DNA from: Halocafeteria seosinensis
Taxonomy: Eukaryota
Direction: 5' to 3'
Assembly: GCA_001687465.1 (NCBI GenBank)
Contig: LVLI01000633.1
Coordinates: 1-64,000, forward strand
Length of the DNA stretch: 64,000 bases
The notes under the pieces are model-generated. The model was not told the DNA's origin. It searched no databases and was given only the letters and a program-made list of their open reading frames with translations. Shown one piece after another: positions 11,094 to 23,800 of this stretch (its first letter is position 1; every line of letters starts with the position of its first letter). A program made the position numbers and the translations under genes.

Positions 11094-13265
11094 ATGTATA
11101 TCTTGCCAAGCCGTCCTCGCTATCCGAAGTCACTCACCACTATGTTGGGCTCTCATTCTAGCACCGAATCTGGCGAGAAATCGCTCAGTACCTTGGGTGG
11201 GCCGTATCGTTTTGAAGCGTACTGTATGATAACAGCGAGTATTACAAACCTGGTGGGGTCTTTCGATATTGTGCGATACAACTGTTCGATGCTCTGCGTA
11301 AAGGTTTCAGGAGGATCCGATATCCGGAGTACGCCTGCGGTTAGTACTGTAAGTCTGGTAGATTCCCTCATTGATGTGGTCTTGGTACTGATAGTCTCTG
11401 GTAACACTGCTGGCTGCGTTTTTGGGAGAGAGTCATTACATCGTAGACTTCGGCCTGCATGTGTAAAGCATGTGGATATTGGGAACGATGACCAGCAGAC
11501 TCAGGTGCCTCTAAACGAAGTTTTTCTCGATGGCCGAGGAATGAACCACAGGGCGGTGATGCCAACGAAAGCTAGAGTCGGCTATGGCAAGCTTTGTCTG
11601 TGGCGGAGGAACAGCCAGCCTATTTACACCTCCGTGAAGCCGAACGTCATTCTTCGGATGCCCAATCCATCCATGCTACTGGAAATATATGTATCGTTTA
11701 TCTATGTTGTCGCATTAGTTACTTTCATGCTGAAAGAAGTCGCTAACTATCCCACAGAGTCAGACAAGTACAAAGTATGTGGACTCAAACGTAGATCGCA
11801 GGAATCCCGCTGGGACCAATGGAAGACGAGGTTTCAGGTGAATGATTTGGTCAGTTTCGGTTGGAACAATTCGAGCCCACACAGACGTCACTCTCACCCA
11901 GTGTGTTTGAGAAGGGCTTTGCTAAGTTTTGCCGCGATGATCGCTTCGTCGGTATTCACTGTTGCCACCGGCGGTGACTTGCGAGCGAGTATCCGAGATG
12001 GGAAAGAATCCTGTTTCCGCTATTTCCCTAGTGACTATCTCTTTCAAATGAATTGTACTGTGCTCGAGTGGAAACGACACGGCTACTATGGTAGTACCTA
12101 CATTTCCCTTCACGGGAATGAGACATTTGATGGCGATGGCGGGGGTGAAGGAAATATCATTGACCTGGGAACGACTGAAGACTTCCACGGATTGTTCGCG
12201 ATTGTAGACGCTCACATTAAATCCTTGGATGAGGCTCCATTGATTCGGAATGTCCATGTCAAGAATGGGAAAGTTGCCGAGGGAGGTGGGTTTATTGTTC
12301 AAGCTCATCAACACTATTTCTTCGTCGACTCCTGTAGCTCAACAGGAAATATCACTGGTAAATGGGCTGGTGGTATTTGTGGCCGCAACGCTGGCCGAAA
12401 CTGGGGTCACACTATTGTATCGAATTCTTTTTCGACAGGGACGATAGGGGGTACTGAAGCAGGTGGTATTGCAGGGCGCCGTGTAGGATATACTGGGGGA
12501 ACTGTCAATATCACCCAATGTTACTCCCTTGGGAGGATACAAGGAGATCGAGCAGGTGGTATCTGTGGGGATCAAGCGGGTTGTAATGGCCATGTGTATG
12601 TCACACAATCATATTCCACAGGAACTATTCGTGGGAGCGGCAGCGGTGGTATTACTGGGGATGGTGCAGCACACAATGATGGTGAAGTACATATAAGTGA
12701 TTGTTACACGCGAGGGGATATTGAGGGTGAACATGCAGGAGGAGTTACTGGTGCGGACACAGGTGGATGGGGAAACAGAGACGGCAACGTACATATTATT
12801 AATACGTATGCTTCGGGTGTAGTGAAGAATCTGCATGCTGGTGGGATCATTGGGCATATGCATAATGAAGTAACTGGTGTTGTGCAAGTACAATATTCTG
12901 TCTATAATGGTGATGGCAACACCAATATCGTAGAAGATGCCTCGAACGAGAACGTTTTGCTTAAGACTGGCAATTCAGAAAATCTTACTGATATACGAGG
13001 CCAACTGTATCATTATGAGGGAGTTGAACAATGGAGCTACGAAACATGGGCTCTCAATGGGAGTGATGCTTTACCGATTTTGCATTTTCAGTTGATGCAA
13101 CAACCAGTCGAATTGAGCCCAACAAAACCGCCCAGTGTAAGTCGTTCAGCGACATCTACGAGGACACTCACAACTAGAACCCCTACTTCATCACTCATAC
13201 CCCTTCCGGTACAGCTTCCGCATAGATCCACAAATCAAGCTGCGAAGACGAAGACGAAAGGCTAA
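11094..13265 (+). CDS. GLUG-motif repeat surface/secreted protein, intronless; true start probably downstream of 11094
   Basis: Repeated 'S.STG.I.G..AGGI.G' units (WAGGICG, EAGGIAG, RAGGICG, GSGGITG, HAGGVTG, HAGGIIG); hydrophobic segments upstream; 'W......W......LPIL' closure; S/T/P-rich tail. Confidence 0.75.
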   Translation: MYILPSRPRYPKSLTTMLGSHSSTESGEKSLSTLGGPYRFEAYCMITASITNLVGSFDIVRYNCSMLCVKVSGGSDIRSTPAVSTVSLVDSLIDVVLVLIVSGNTAGCVFGRESLHRRLRPACVKHVDIGNDDQQTQVPLNEVFLDGRGMNHRAVMPTKARVGYGKLCLWRRNSQPIYTSVKPNVILRMPNPSMLLEIYVSFIYVVALVTFMLKEVANYPTESDKYKVCGLKRRSQESRWDQWKTRFQVNDLVSFGWNNSSPHRRHSHPVCLRRALLSFAAMIASSVFTVATGGDLRASIRDGKESCFRYFPSDYLFQMNCTVLEWKRHGYYGSTYISLHGNETFDGDGGGEGNIIDLGTTEDFHGLFAIVDAHIKSLDEAPLIRNVHVKNGKVAEGGGFIVQAHQHYFFVDSCSSTGNITGKWAGGICGRNAGRNWGHTIVSNSFSTGTIGGTEAGGIAGRRVGYTGGTVNITQCYSLGRIQGDRAGGICGDQAGCNGHVYVTQSYSTGTIRGSGSGGITGDGAAHNDGEVHISDCYTRGDIEGEHAGGVTGADTGGWGNRDGNVHIINTYASGVVKNLHAGGIIGHMHNEVTGVVQVQYSVYNGDGNTNIVEDASNENVLLKTGNSENLTDIRGQLYHYEGVEQWSYETWALNGSDALPILHFQLMQQPVELSPTKPPSVSRSATSTRTLTTRTPTSSLIPLPVQLPHRSTNQAAKTKTKG

Positions 13266-14346
13266 AACACTGCTGGAAGGTTGGCACAGTCGAAACCCCC
13301 GTTGTCAGTTTTCGATGGTAAGGATGTGGCGGAGGATTCGTCATGACAAAAAAGGGAGGAAGCTATGGCTAGAGCCTGAGAGAGGCCAAAGTTTGTGGAA
13401 TTCCTCGCAAGCTATACAGAGGGTTTGTATCCTGCTTTTACAACTCAAATTGCCTTACGGACTCGTGTATATTACGTCTCTGTGCTTTTTTTTCCCTAAA
13501 TGAACGCGTACGGCTTTTGGGGATGCTTTTCTGCAATGCACATATCCATGATATCCATTTGTAGGTAAAGAATAGCACATGCCAGAGCAGAATTGTATCC
13601 AGCATGTACCGAGGATATACCGGATATGTTATATACCATTGTCTAACCTTATCGCACCTTCCCTTTTAACGAAATGATTGTCTCGTTCTGCAAATGCTTT
13701 CGGCGCTACAGATCACAAGGGACCACTCTTCCCACATACACGGAATACTAGCTCACTTACCTTCTGTTCGCACTGCTCCTTGTTTTCTTGCTCTGCTCGC
13801 TGGGAGTTTTCATATTTTTCACGCATTTCTTTCAACTCGGCGTCTTGTAACAAGAATTGAGAAAGAAGAAAATAAAACCCAGCTTGCTACACTCACCCTG
13901 TTCACAAATCATACCCTTCCTTTGCTGTGGATGAACGAAGCCAATATATAGCATCTCAGTGTAAACACCAACAGAGTAACAATTGTGATCAAAATTTCAC
14001 ATAGCCATGAGATAACTGAGAACATGCATGTACAATCGAAATATATCCAAGCAATTACTTGAGCACATCGATAATCATTCGTGGCAAATAGCTGACACTT
14101 TGCCCGAACTTGGCCAACGAGCAGATGAGGAATTAGAATGCACAAGACATGAACAAATTTCTCGACCAACGTCTGTTTGGGATGTAACAAATATGCTTCA
14201 ATACACTTCAGCATTTTGAAGCTAAATCGGAAACCCTCACTAGTCCATCACTTTCGGTTACAGAATCCACAAACAAACATGGGCACTCCCACCTCCAGGC
14301 CAACGCGCGGTGTGAGAGTGAACAACAAATAGGACGCCATGATATT

Positions 14347-14994
14347 TCACCTCGATGGCGAACGGCAATAGAATCGCCGTTCTTCTGAAGAGTCTAGACA
14401 CCAGGTGTTGAATGGGATCTGTCCGTCTTCTTCCAGATAGCGGCGGAACGGTATGCGCCTCTGGTCTCGTGGGAGGATAATTTCGTCGTATAGGTGCTTG
14501 TCCATAAAACCGACGTTTTCTGCATTTTCTCGGTCTGCGGCGTATACTACAAGACTTAAGTTTGCCCAATATATAGCTCCAAGGCACATTGGGCACGGTT
14601 CGCACGAGGAATACAGGACGCAGTGGTCCAGTCGAACTTCTTGGAGTGTTGTACACGCATGCCGAATCGCCATGACCTCTGCATGAGCCGTGGGGTCTTT
14701 GCATAGGTTCACTCGATTTCCGGATTCACCCACGATATTACCAGAGGTATCGACGATGACGGCGGCAAATGGACCCTCTCCATACACTTTCACGTTATCC
14801 ACAGCCATATCAATCGCTCGTCGAAGGTACCCCTCATGTACCTCTTTGTTCCACGAATGGGCACCGTATCCGACATCACTACAATATCTTAATCCACTCC
14901 AGCATAGTTTGCGCTGATGGCTTTCAATGGCTGCTCTTCCCAGACCTCCACCAGCAGATCTCTTGAGCACAGATGTGGCATAACAAGCACGCAT
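14347..14994 (-). CDS. guaD: Guanine/guanosine deaminase (cytidine-deaminase fold, GuaD/GSDA type) with possible N-terminal transit peptide
   Basis: GPFAAVIV, DPTAHAEVMAIR, LYSSCEPCPMCLGAIYWA and GFxD motifs. Confidence 0.85.
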   Translation of the reverse strand: MRACYATSVLKRSAGGGLGRAAIESHQRKLCWSGLRYCSDVGYGAHSWNKEVHEGYLRRAIDMAVDNVKVYGEGPFAAVIVDTSGNIVGESGNRVNLCKDPTAHAEVMAIRHACTTLQEVRLDHCVLYSSCEPCPMCLGAIYWANLSLVVYAADRENAENVGFMDKHLYDEIILPRDQRRIPFRRYLEEDGQIPFNTWCLDSSEERRFYCRSPSR

Positions 14995-15647
14995 TTCTTT
15001 TATGATGCTGTATGCTCATCTCCTTGTTCGGGAGAGCTCTACCATCTCTACATACCCGTAGCCCACATGACACCAACCACCCTTGTGGTCCTGGACGCAC
15101 GATAGTCTGGGTTCTCACATTTGTGAAGGTAGTCGAGTCGACGCGTATCTGCGACCTGTCCGCTGGGATGAGTCGCTCGTTCAAAGAACACCACTCCTGT
15201 TTCGGCCATGGGATTCAGCCATTTTCACAGGTGCCATAGGGTTGAATGGACGAGCACAATAGAGGAGTGAGTCTAGGGGAAAGCTTAAGTGAGGTGTAGC
15301 GAGATTTTCTCCCTCCACACAGTCGAAGTTTCGGTCGCAAGGCAAACGCATTTACCTGTCCTCTTTGCAGCCAATAATTCGTCCGTCATTCTCTCCACCG
15401 GCGTTCGGGAAAGCACTGTGTTCAGGGGTAAGTTTGATCGATGGAGACCTAAACACGGAGCTCTGAAGTTGCTTGCATTGGGTTTGTCTTGGCGATTCTC
15501 CTCCCGTCCCTCATCGGTTTCTTTAGGCCATCCACGGTTTGTGCAAATACCAAGACACACGCTTTGGAACCGTATTTTCCGGGAGTGAACGAGCGTTGGA
15601 CTTACAAACGAAAGGTGGGTGGTAGTGGAGGCGTGGGGTAACGAAAA

Positions 15648-17126
15648 ATGGGGAATTGTTCATCTAACGTGACTTGCGCGTCCCAAAGTGAGGAGGTGGT
15701 ACTCAACCTTGGTGGGAATCCAACGGGACTTAAAGGAGTCCAGAAGAAATACGAAATTAACAAGCAAATAGGAAGGTAAGCCCATTTACGCTTATCTACC
15801 GGCAGTGTTTAGTTAAGATTGCATCGTTGATGGGTTTACGGATACCATGCAGAGGACACTACGGCAATGTGTACGCTGGAAACAATAAGAAGACAGGAAA
15901 GGAAGTTGCAATAAAGATATTGAAGCGATCCAAGAGTCGTCCTCATCGACTAAAATTAGAAGTATGCTGGCACATCTGACATCTGGTATGAGTCGTCTTC
16001 TGATCATGCCCTCGTATGCAGGTAGATATCTTGAGGAAGATTGGCAAGCATCCTAATGTTGTGGAGCTTTACGAAATTTTTGAAGACAAAGAAAATGTAA
16101 TATTGGTAAGTGAAGCCGATGATTACATCATCTAGAAAACGTTAGAAAAGTCTATTGATGCTGGGCGAGTACAGGTTTCCGAGCTGCTTCATGGTGGCGA
16201 ACTATTTGAGCGCATCGTCGCTCATGGCCCTTACAAAGAGAAATATGCAGCCAAGTTGTTTATTAAACTAACGCAAACGGTTCGCTTTTTACATCAACAG
16301 TCAATCGTTCATAGAGACCTAAAGCCCGAAAACTTGTTGATGACGACGAAAGGGGCTGATGCGGAAATAAAGGTAAGCGATTACTCAGGGTGCTCCGGAT
16401 ACCACCGCGAAAATCGATCACAGTCCTTTTATGCTTCCACTGAACTGCAGCTTACGGACTTTGGACTATCCAGGCTACTCACAGGAGGAAGGGATGCGAT
16501 GTCAACAGTTTGTGGGACCTGGGCTTATAGTGCCCCCGAGGTCAAGATATTTCGGAAGACGTACTCGCATATGGTTGATCTGTGGAGCTTGGGAATTCTT
16601 CTTTACGTAATGTAAGTAGGAACCCAGCATTATGGTCCGTGTTTCTGTACGAGAATGAATGCCTCGGCATGCTGAACGTTTGCAGGCTAGCCGGGTATCA
16701 TCCGTTTGACCCTGAAGGGAATGCTGCTGAAGAGGTCCTGCAACAGAATATCAAGCAAGGAAAGTATGACTTTGATGATCCAGAATGGGAGCACGTAAGG
16801 TAGGTACTTTTAGAACTTTCAACGGCTCTGTGCCAAAATACATTCGTGTTGCTCCGTAACTCTGAACGAACTGCAGCGATAGTGCGAAGGATCTAATAGG
16901 CAAGCTGATACAGCTCCAACCAGAGAATCGTTTAGATACTGATGGTGTTCTTCAGCATCCCTGGATACTGAAGTATCATAAACCATTGAACGTGAAGACC
17001 TCGTCAGCGTCGTTCGAGTCCACTGAGCTGAGAAGCGGGGAGAGTCCTCCTCCAAGAGAGTTACAACAAAAGAAGAACGATGCTTTTGGAGTCAACGGAT
17101 CAAGTACTAGGAGGAAAAAGAAATAA
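15648..17126 (+). CDS. CaMK-family Ser/Thr protein kinase, predicted N-myristoylated (7 exons)
   Basis: MGNCSS start; IGRGHYGNVY, VAIK, GGELFERIV, HRDLKPENLL, DFG, CGTWAYSAPE, DLWSLG, HPWI; in-frame GT-AG introns. Confidence 0.9.
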
Positions 17127-17312
17127 AGCAGTGGAAAACTTAAAATATTGCAATTCTGTTAATTATAACTATACAACTTCATTTTGCATACAAGGAGTTT
17201 AGAGACTCATTCACCGTATGCAGTTTACGGTATGAACACGGCTCCCCGGAATATAACAACTGTACAAGGAAAATATTCACATCATATGCATATCCCAAAG
17301 CCCACACGATGC

Positions 17313-18932
17313 TTATATCCTAAGACGGTTACCATAGAGTCTTTCGATAGTTCGTTCGTCTCTTTGGAATGATGTCTCGTCCTGTGCGCTCAAAAAGTTC
17401 ATTGTCCCGGAGTTCTTGGATAAAATGCTGTTGTTGGATTGAGTGCTCTCATGATTCGCAAGACCAGTGGACACGGGAGTTGTCCGCTCAGCTCTTTCTT
17501 TGTTTTGCTGCCGCAATACTCGACTGTAGAATTGACGTGCATTGCCGTTCTCAAATTTGCCAGCGGCTTGCTTATATTTTTTTGGACTAATTATCACTGG
17601 GGCAAGTTCCGGCTGACCTACACGCTCAAGTTCATTGACATCAAGCTGTTGAGAAGCTCCTACTGAAAGAGTGGTATTCGGTTGACGCATAACTGTAGAG
17701 GCGCCATTGGCAGTATAAGCATGGGTGTTCGGCGGCATTGTGGCTTGAGTCACGTGGAAAGCTTCATCGGTTCCACCAGAAGGAGAAGAAGGAGAAGCAA
17801 CCTCGGGTCCATTCCCTGTCCCGGTAATGTTCGGAAACCCGGATCCATCCCCCGGAGAGGCATTATTACTTCCAGGACTGCCTCCTTTCTTTCTCGGAGA
17901 TTTCGTCAGGGAGAAGCGAGGTATAGCACCCGGTCGAGGGCTCACAAGTCGCATTTCTCCTTCGGGGCCATTGTTGTGCCACTTCCTTCGACTGTTTAGC
18001 GCAATGTTGCTGCTTTTCCATTGAAGCGACGCTAGCTGCTCCAGGTAGGTCCTTCTGCTCTCACGCTGAACTTCTTCTTCAGTCTGATATTTGGACACTG
18101 TACTGAGGTTCAAATTAGGCACCCCATGCGTATTTTTTGCACCTTGGTTATTACGTGCCTCGTGTCGCCTCTGCAGGTTGGACTCATGCGCAACCTCTTT
18201 GCCAACCTTTTCCCAATCACTCTTAATGAGTCCCTCATAGAAATCCTTCTTAGGAGGATATTTATCTCGGGGAGATAAACTTGGTGCCTCTTCATCGAGC
18301 AAACCATCGGGAAATGTTTTCTTGCTTCGCCTTTCTGTAGGATGGAAGATTTTCCACCTCGTACTGCGGACTCCCTTGCGCTCCTGCAACACTTCTGGTA
18401 GTGGATCTGCGGGATCCAACTCAATTGTATAATCTTCTGGCCGTTTCTCTGGTAAAGGAGGTGGCCGTGGAGGTGGCGGTGGAGGTCCTTCTCCTCGAAG
18501 CTCCTCTGAGAAATCGAACTGGGACCCTCCCGGAACTAGTTTCGTCGGCAGAGGAGTGGGAATCTCATTGGACGGACTGGAGGGGACGGCACGTAAACAT
18601 TGTTTGGCTGTAGTCGAGACTTGCTCCAAGCGTTCTGAAACTCGTTGGACATCTGCGTTCTCTTCGACACTGGTAGGAGGTTCAGACGATGGTGACGTGG
18701 GGACTTTGACGCCCAATTGCACCCGAGGATTCGCTGAAGTGTCGCGATGCATCTTATTCTGTGCTGTGGGAGGCGACGGTCTCTGAGGCCGGAAATCCAC
18801 GCTTTTCCTTGTTTGAGCATGCTCCGCCGTCGAAAATGAGCCTTGGGAATGCTTCGTCGCCACCGAAAACGACTTGGAGGGAGTCATTTTCCAAATCTTT
18901 GCTGCCGTCCCCTCGCTCGTGGTCCCACTCAT
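17313..18932 (-). CDS. Hypothetical disordered Pro/Ser-rich protein (539 aa)
   Basis: Long uninterrupted ATG-initiated ORF; low complexity; no recognisable domain. Confidence 0.65.
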   Translation of the reverse strand: MSGTTSEGTAAKIWKMTPSKSFSVATKHSQGSFSTAEHAQTRKSVDFRPQRPSPPTAQNKMHRDTSANPRVQLGVKVPTSPSSEPPTSVEENADVQRVSERLEQVSTTAKQCLRAVPSSPSNEIPTPLPTKLVPGGSQFDFSEELRGEGPPPPPPRPPPLPEKRPEDYTIELDPADPLPEVLQERKGVRSTRWKIFHPTERRSKKTFPDGLLDEEAPSLSPRDKYPPKKDFYEGLIKSDWEKVGKEVAHESNLQRRHEARNNQGAKNTHGVPNLNLSTVSKYQTEEEVQRESRRTYLEQLASLQWKSSNIALNSRRKWHNNGPEGEMRLVSPRPGAIPRFSLTKSPRKKGGSPGSNNASPGDGSGFPNITGTGNGPEVASPSSPSGGTDEAFHVTQATMPPNTHAYTANGASTVMRQPNTTLSVGASQQLDVNELERVGQPELAPVIISPKKYKQAAGKFENGNARQFYSRVLRQQNKERAERTTPVSTGLANHESTQSNNSILSKNSGTMNFLSAQDETSFQRDERTIERLYGNRLRI

Positions 18933-19373
18933 AATGAAATAAGCCCGTCCCGTCGCGCTACGTTGTGGTTCCTTCTTACACTTGTACGAACGCCGTCAAC
19001 CAGGAAAGGGAGCCATGGAAAAGTTGTGTTCTGCATCCCCCCCTCAGGATCGATCCTACTGTACGGTTTTTTCCCTTGCTTTCCTTTCTTTCTTGCTAGG
19101 CACAGCACCTATACAGTATACACACACGACAGAAAAGACGCTTTCTTGTTCGATAGTCAATTCACCTTGGTTTGTTCTTTTTTTTCCTACTCCTCTGTTC
19201 CATCCCACATCATGCTGTGGCATACACATGTACAGCTGTCGGTCGCAACGACCAGCCTGGCATTGTACACCAAGCTGTTGTAATACACATGGGTCTGCGA
19301 TGGATTGTTAGACTCTTAGCCAGTGCCAGTGCTTGTATTGTGTATGCCTACGCGGCTAGAGAGGATAACAAGA

Positions 19374-19802
19374 ATGGTGTATATAAGCACATGGAGTGAG
19401 TTTCTCCATCGTGCTGAGGATATGGTGCAGCAGCATCCTCAACGCGTAAGTACCTGTATACTATACAGGTAGGTAGGTAACTAATGCAATGCGAACGTCA
19501 CTGATGGGGCAATACTGCTGCAGGTGCGGTTGGTGCTGCGATATAAACACAGCAAAGGCGAAGTCTTGGCCAAAGTGACGGACGATGTTGAGGTAAGACC
19601 TCCCCCTCCTGCTTCTCTTCCCTCTTATGCCCATGGGACACATGTATTATTGCTTGATTGGGCCCCCTACAGTGTCTTCAGTATAGACCTCGAGTGGACG
19701 CGGAGGTGGATAAGCTATTGGACCTGCAGGGAATGATCATGGCCTCCTTGACTTCCCCGGCAGCTGCTCAGCAAGCTGTGGAGGAGCGTGAAACTAGACA
19801 AC

Positions 19803-19860
<58 letters not shown>

Positions 19861-20095
19861 TCTACGCATGCTTTGGATGGAGACGTACCGCTTGCCTCTT
19901 GTACTATTTGTTTGATAATAAGCAGGCAAATCGAAACGGAGCCGTGTCGACAAAATCCCAGCTCCGGATCAACAGAGCTCTGGAGCACAAAAACGAAAAG
20001 CTCAAAAAGCAGAGGGCAAGATACCTAGTAGTCATGGGAAAGGGTACAGGCGCCTAAGAAAGCACCTAAGGGCGAAGAAATCTTCTTCATCATAA
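19374..20095 (+). CDS. SRP9: Signal recognition particle 9-kDa subunit with basic C-terminal extension (4 exons)
   Basis: Spliced MVYISTWSEFLHRAEDMVQQHPQR|VRLVLRYKHSKGEVLAKVTDDVE|CLQYR matches the SRP9 consensus (W.EF...KYRH..G.L.LKVTD...CL.Y). Confidence 0.85.
19806..19858. repeat. (TG)n microsatellite in SRP9 intron 3
   Basis: ~26 uninterrupted TG units just after the donor gtatgt. Confidence 0.97.
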
Positions 20096-20267
20096 CGACT
20101 GGATCCACAGATGTGCATGGAAAAACGCAGCAATTTGCTACTACAAGTACATGTCATGGCGAGTGACGCCGTCGTTGGCCAAAAGAAGGCAAGAACCTGC
20201 CTTCGTCTTAGCAAATTGGTATTCTATCCTTGTATGACAACATTTTTGGTAACCACGCGCTTAGTAA

Positions 20268-20330
20268 TGTGCGCTTGTGTCCATTGGATTGAATGCAGTA
20301 TGAGACGTCGGTCAAGTTGGTCTGTACTAG
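20268..20330 (+). repeat. Imperfect direct repeat, copy A
   Basis: tgtgcgcttgtgtccattggattgaatgcagtatgagacgtcggtcaagttggtctgtactag; matches 26934-26996. Confidence 0.85.
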
Positions 20331-20803
20331 CAGTAATGAGTAGAACGTTGAATAAATACTTTGCCTACCACTACCTCCGGTTTTAGATCTTGTATCTCTA
20401 TATCAATAAGCGTAGCGTCGCTAAGGATACATATTCCGGCAGCTAAAGCAACCAGCTGTAGACTATACCGAACTGGAAAGGAAGCGAGATGTAACCAATT
20501 CCTCCTCTCTCTCCCTATAATATAAAACTCCATTAATGAGTGTATTGACATTCAATATGTCATTATATGATAATAGAGGCCGACCAGTTCGCACATGATC
20601 AAATACAGCATTATCTATGGTGGGCGTTAGACTTCGCCCCCTGGTTTCAAATCTAACTTTCCAACATCAAACAGCTCATGCAAGTCCCTATTAAGCAGAT
20701 ACACTAGTGTTCTCTGAAAGAAGACTTTCAGCAAGACGTAAGCATCTTTATATGCCGTGTGTTACCCCGAAAGCTACCCTCATTAAGCACTTCATTCCAC
20801 GTT

Positions 20804-23800
20804 TCAGACCGTTGAGGTTGCTTCACCATATTCGCCTTCGTGTACCATCTCCTGAAAAACTATGATCAATTCGCGATGCATAACAGTAGTTGGCCAAACT
20901 GGACTCTCATGATTCTGTCGGTGTTGATTTGGAACGGGGTTCGAGACAGATGGACTCGGATGAGATGGTGACAGTTCTTGCTCAGCCCCTTGAAAAAACC
21001 TCTCACAATCATTGGGATCTAAATTCTTGATAACACCCTTGTTACGGTATCGTAAAGCCAAACTCGCCATGTAACGTTGACTTGTGCCGGAACGTCCAGC
21101 TGTATGATGGCGCCGAAAAACCTCTAGAGGTCTGTTTACATTACCCCCTACGGCGGCTACCGCCTGCTCCCAAGCCTCTGGTAAGCAGCCAACTACGTCA
21201 AATAACCTAGACTTTAGGACCATTAAAGAACGATGAATCTCTGGGTCATCTCTGAGCGCGCGGAACAAAGAACATAAACAATCCAACAATCTTAAGAGCG
21301 GTTCAATACCAGACCTAGTATTGCCATTTGGTCCACGCAGGAATTGGATCAGAGGAGAAAAGTCCCGCTCCTCACCATGGCGCCTTACTCGGTCTTCTGC
21401 CATTAGGTGTTTGAACAACCTGGGTTCGGCAAAGGATATACCATCTCCCAGAGCGTTATTTAATACGAAGTCCCAGTTAACCTGATTGTTGTTGGATCGC
21501 TTCAAAACCAAGTGCTTCAGGAAAACTATCGCCAAAGTGGGATGAAGCCAAGAATATCTTCGAAAATTCCGATTGTAACTGATAAGGCGAAAGTTCCGAA
21601 GCATCCTTTCAATTTTTGAATGGAAATCGATAGTAAAATAGCTGTAGGCGGCTCCGCAGCTACAGAAAATATCAACGAACGCAATACAACATAGAATTGC
21701 TTCACACTCTTCAGTAAGCCCACGGGTTTCTTGCTGAAGCAATTTCTCGATATTGAAGGTCTGCCAAGATCTTGTGGTGCCGGCTACTAGATGGGCCACT
21801 ATGCACGGAACCGGTAGTGACTGCGACCTTGGGCCGTTATTGGAAAGCACCTTTTTAAGTAGTGCATTGTCAGGAAAAGCCCACTGCAGCTTATTAATAA
21901 TTTGCACCGTTTCTGCTTCTGACAGTTGGCCGCTGATATACATTTTGTTCTCTTGACAATTGGAGACTTTCAGAGGCCGAGGAACTTCAGATCCCCGGCA
22001 AATAACAAGTAGTACAACTTTCGTCTTCACTTTTGTCTCCATATGCTTTTTTACGAATTGCCACGACCCTTCGTTGACGGCTAGCAGGACGTCAGCTGGA
22101 AACCACGCACCACGGGTCATATCTGTGCTTCTTAAATCAGCCTCCAACGCTGAGTCTTCTAAAGATTGAAACCCACACACAACACCTCTTCGGGAGAATG
22201 TGAACAGTGATCGTCGTAAAGCAGATGTTCTACCGGACAACGGGCCCCATGTGGTGATTGGAATCACCTCAACGTTCCCTTGAGTCATTCTACTGAACAC
22301 TCCTTCAATATGACCACGTAGATCCTTCGTTTCATCCAATTCTACGTCAACTTCGCGTGCCAACATACGTAATGATATTGGATGAGAACAAAAGAAATAA
22401 TCTTGAGCTTCATTTCTCAGTTCCTCGTCCTCCACGGTATCTTCGGTCTCCTCAGCAGGGCCAAAGAGTTCAAAGCCAGGTAACCAATTGGTTGCAGAGA
22501 TCTGATTCATCGGCCCGTAGAAGTGAAATAAATTTGCTTCACTATATACAAACGCCGGAATATTATGGTTATACACTTTGGTTAAGGTTTCACAAACTAT
22601 TTCAGGTAATTCAGAAATAAAAACGACAGTCTCACATGGGGCAGGGTCCTTTTTGTTTAACTCGGACAGCACGTTCCAAATATGGGACAACGTAGTCGTA
22701 GATACCTCATCCCGAGCTAACCGTACAAAAACTAACTTCGGTTTCCCGCAGTTTCCTAAACTCTGCACTTCGCCATCTTGTAGGGCCGCTGTAGCATCAA
22801 AATGCACGTCATGCAAAATTGCTTCATTACCAACGAATACTTTCCAGTATGCACCAGTTCTGGCTTTCTGTAATAATTTTCTCAGAGTGTCCAAGTCTTT
22901 GGTTTTCATCCAGGCCTTCCAGAAACCCAGATTCGGCGGGAAACTGAGCAACGCGCGGTCTCCAAATGTGCCATGACCGCCCACGGTAATGACTATGACA
23001 CATCGGACAGATAAACCAATTTGTTCACTTCTGAAACGGAGTATTCTATTTTTCGGTGGGCTAGATGGCTCAATGTCCTGAGACATGTCGCCTTCTTCTG
23101 CAGCGTTGTCCTCATCCTCTTCAGCCAGTATACTGTTAAACGTCTCCAAATACGGCTCTTCCAGAAGGTAATACTTGCATTCGTACGAATCACCAAGAGG
23201 GTTCACTGATACATTCCATAGCTTCTTCAATGCCTCCGTCTGAACTTTATCCATAGGAGTTTCGGCCCTTAGTCTCAAGACACTGACAGATGTTTCGTCT
23301 GGAACGCTTGGATACACAACACTACAAGATATTGAAACCTCACCCGGAAGCACGTGTGGCACACAGTACTTCAAACCATTAAAGACACTGTGTCTTAACC
23401 TATCAATGGAGCTAACTGAAATGGTGATACCCTTAAGGTACTGATCTAGGGTCGTCCTATCATCACGACCACCAAAACCAACCCCAATTGCTTCACACGT
23501 TTTGTCTTGCACACCAAACTTCATAATAGCTTTCCCTGGCCCCGTCAACATATATGGTACATACATTTGCAGTTGGTATGACAAAAAGTCTGACCACCCC
23601 TCTTCTGTCGGAATGACTTTGTGCTCCAAACACGCATGTTCTTCCGTCTCTTCAGAAACCTGCTGTAAGTGTGTTACGGGGTGTACGACGGACACCTTTG
23701 CTGCTGATAGATGATGCGGCAGTGGTTGTAAAGCAAAATCCGTTTGGAGGATTTTTATCACTGCACTGGAGTCCTTAGAATGCAAAATCTGGGGTCCGTA

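Noticed and set aside
13650..13850. Two small coiled-coil exon-like pieces on the minus strand (DAELKEMREKYE..., NETIISLKGK)
   Set aside because: Plausible splice sites, but no start, stop or complete gene model could be built.
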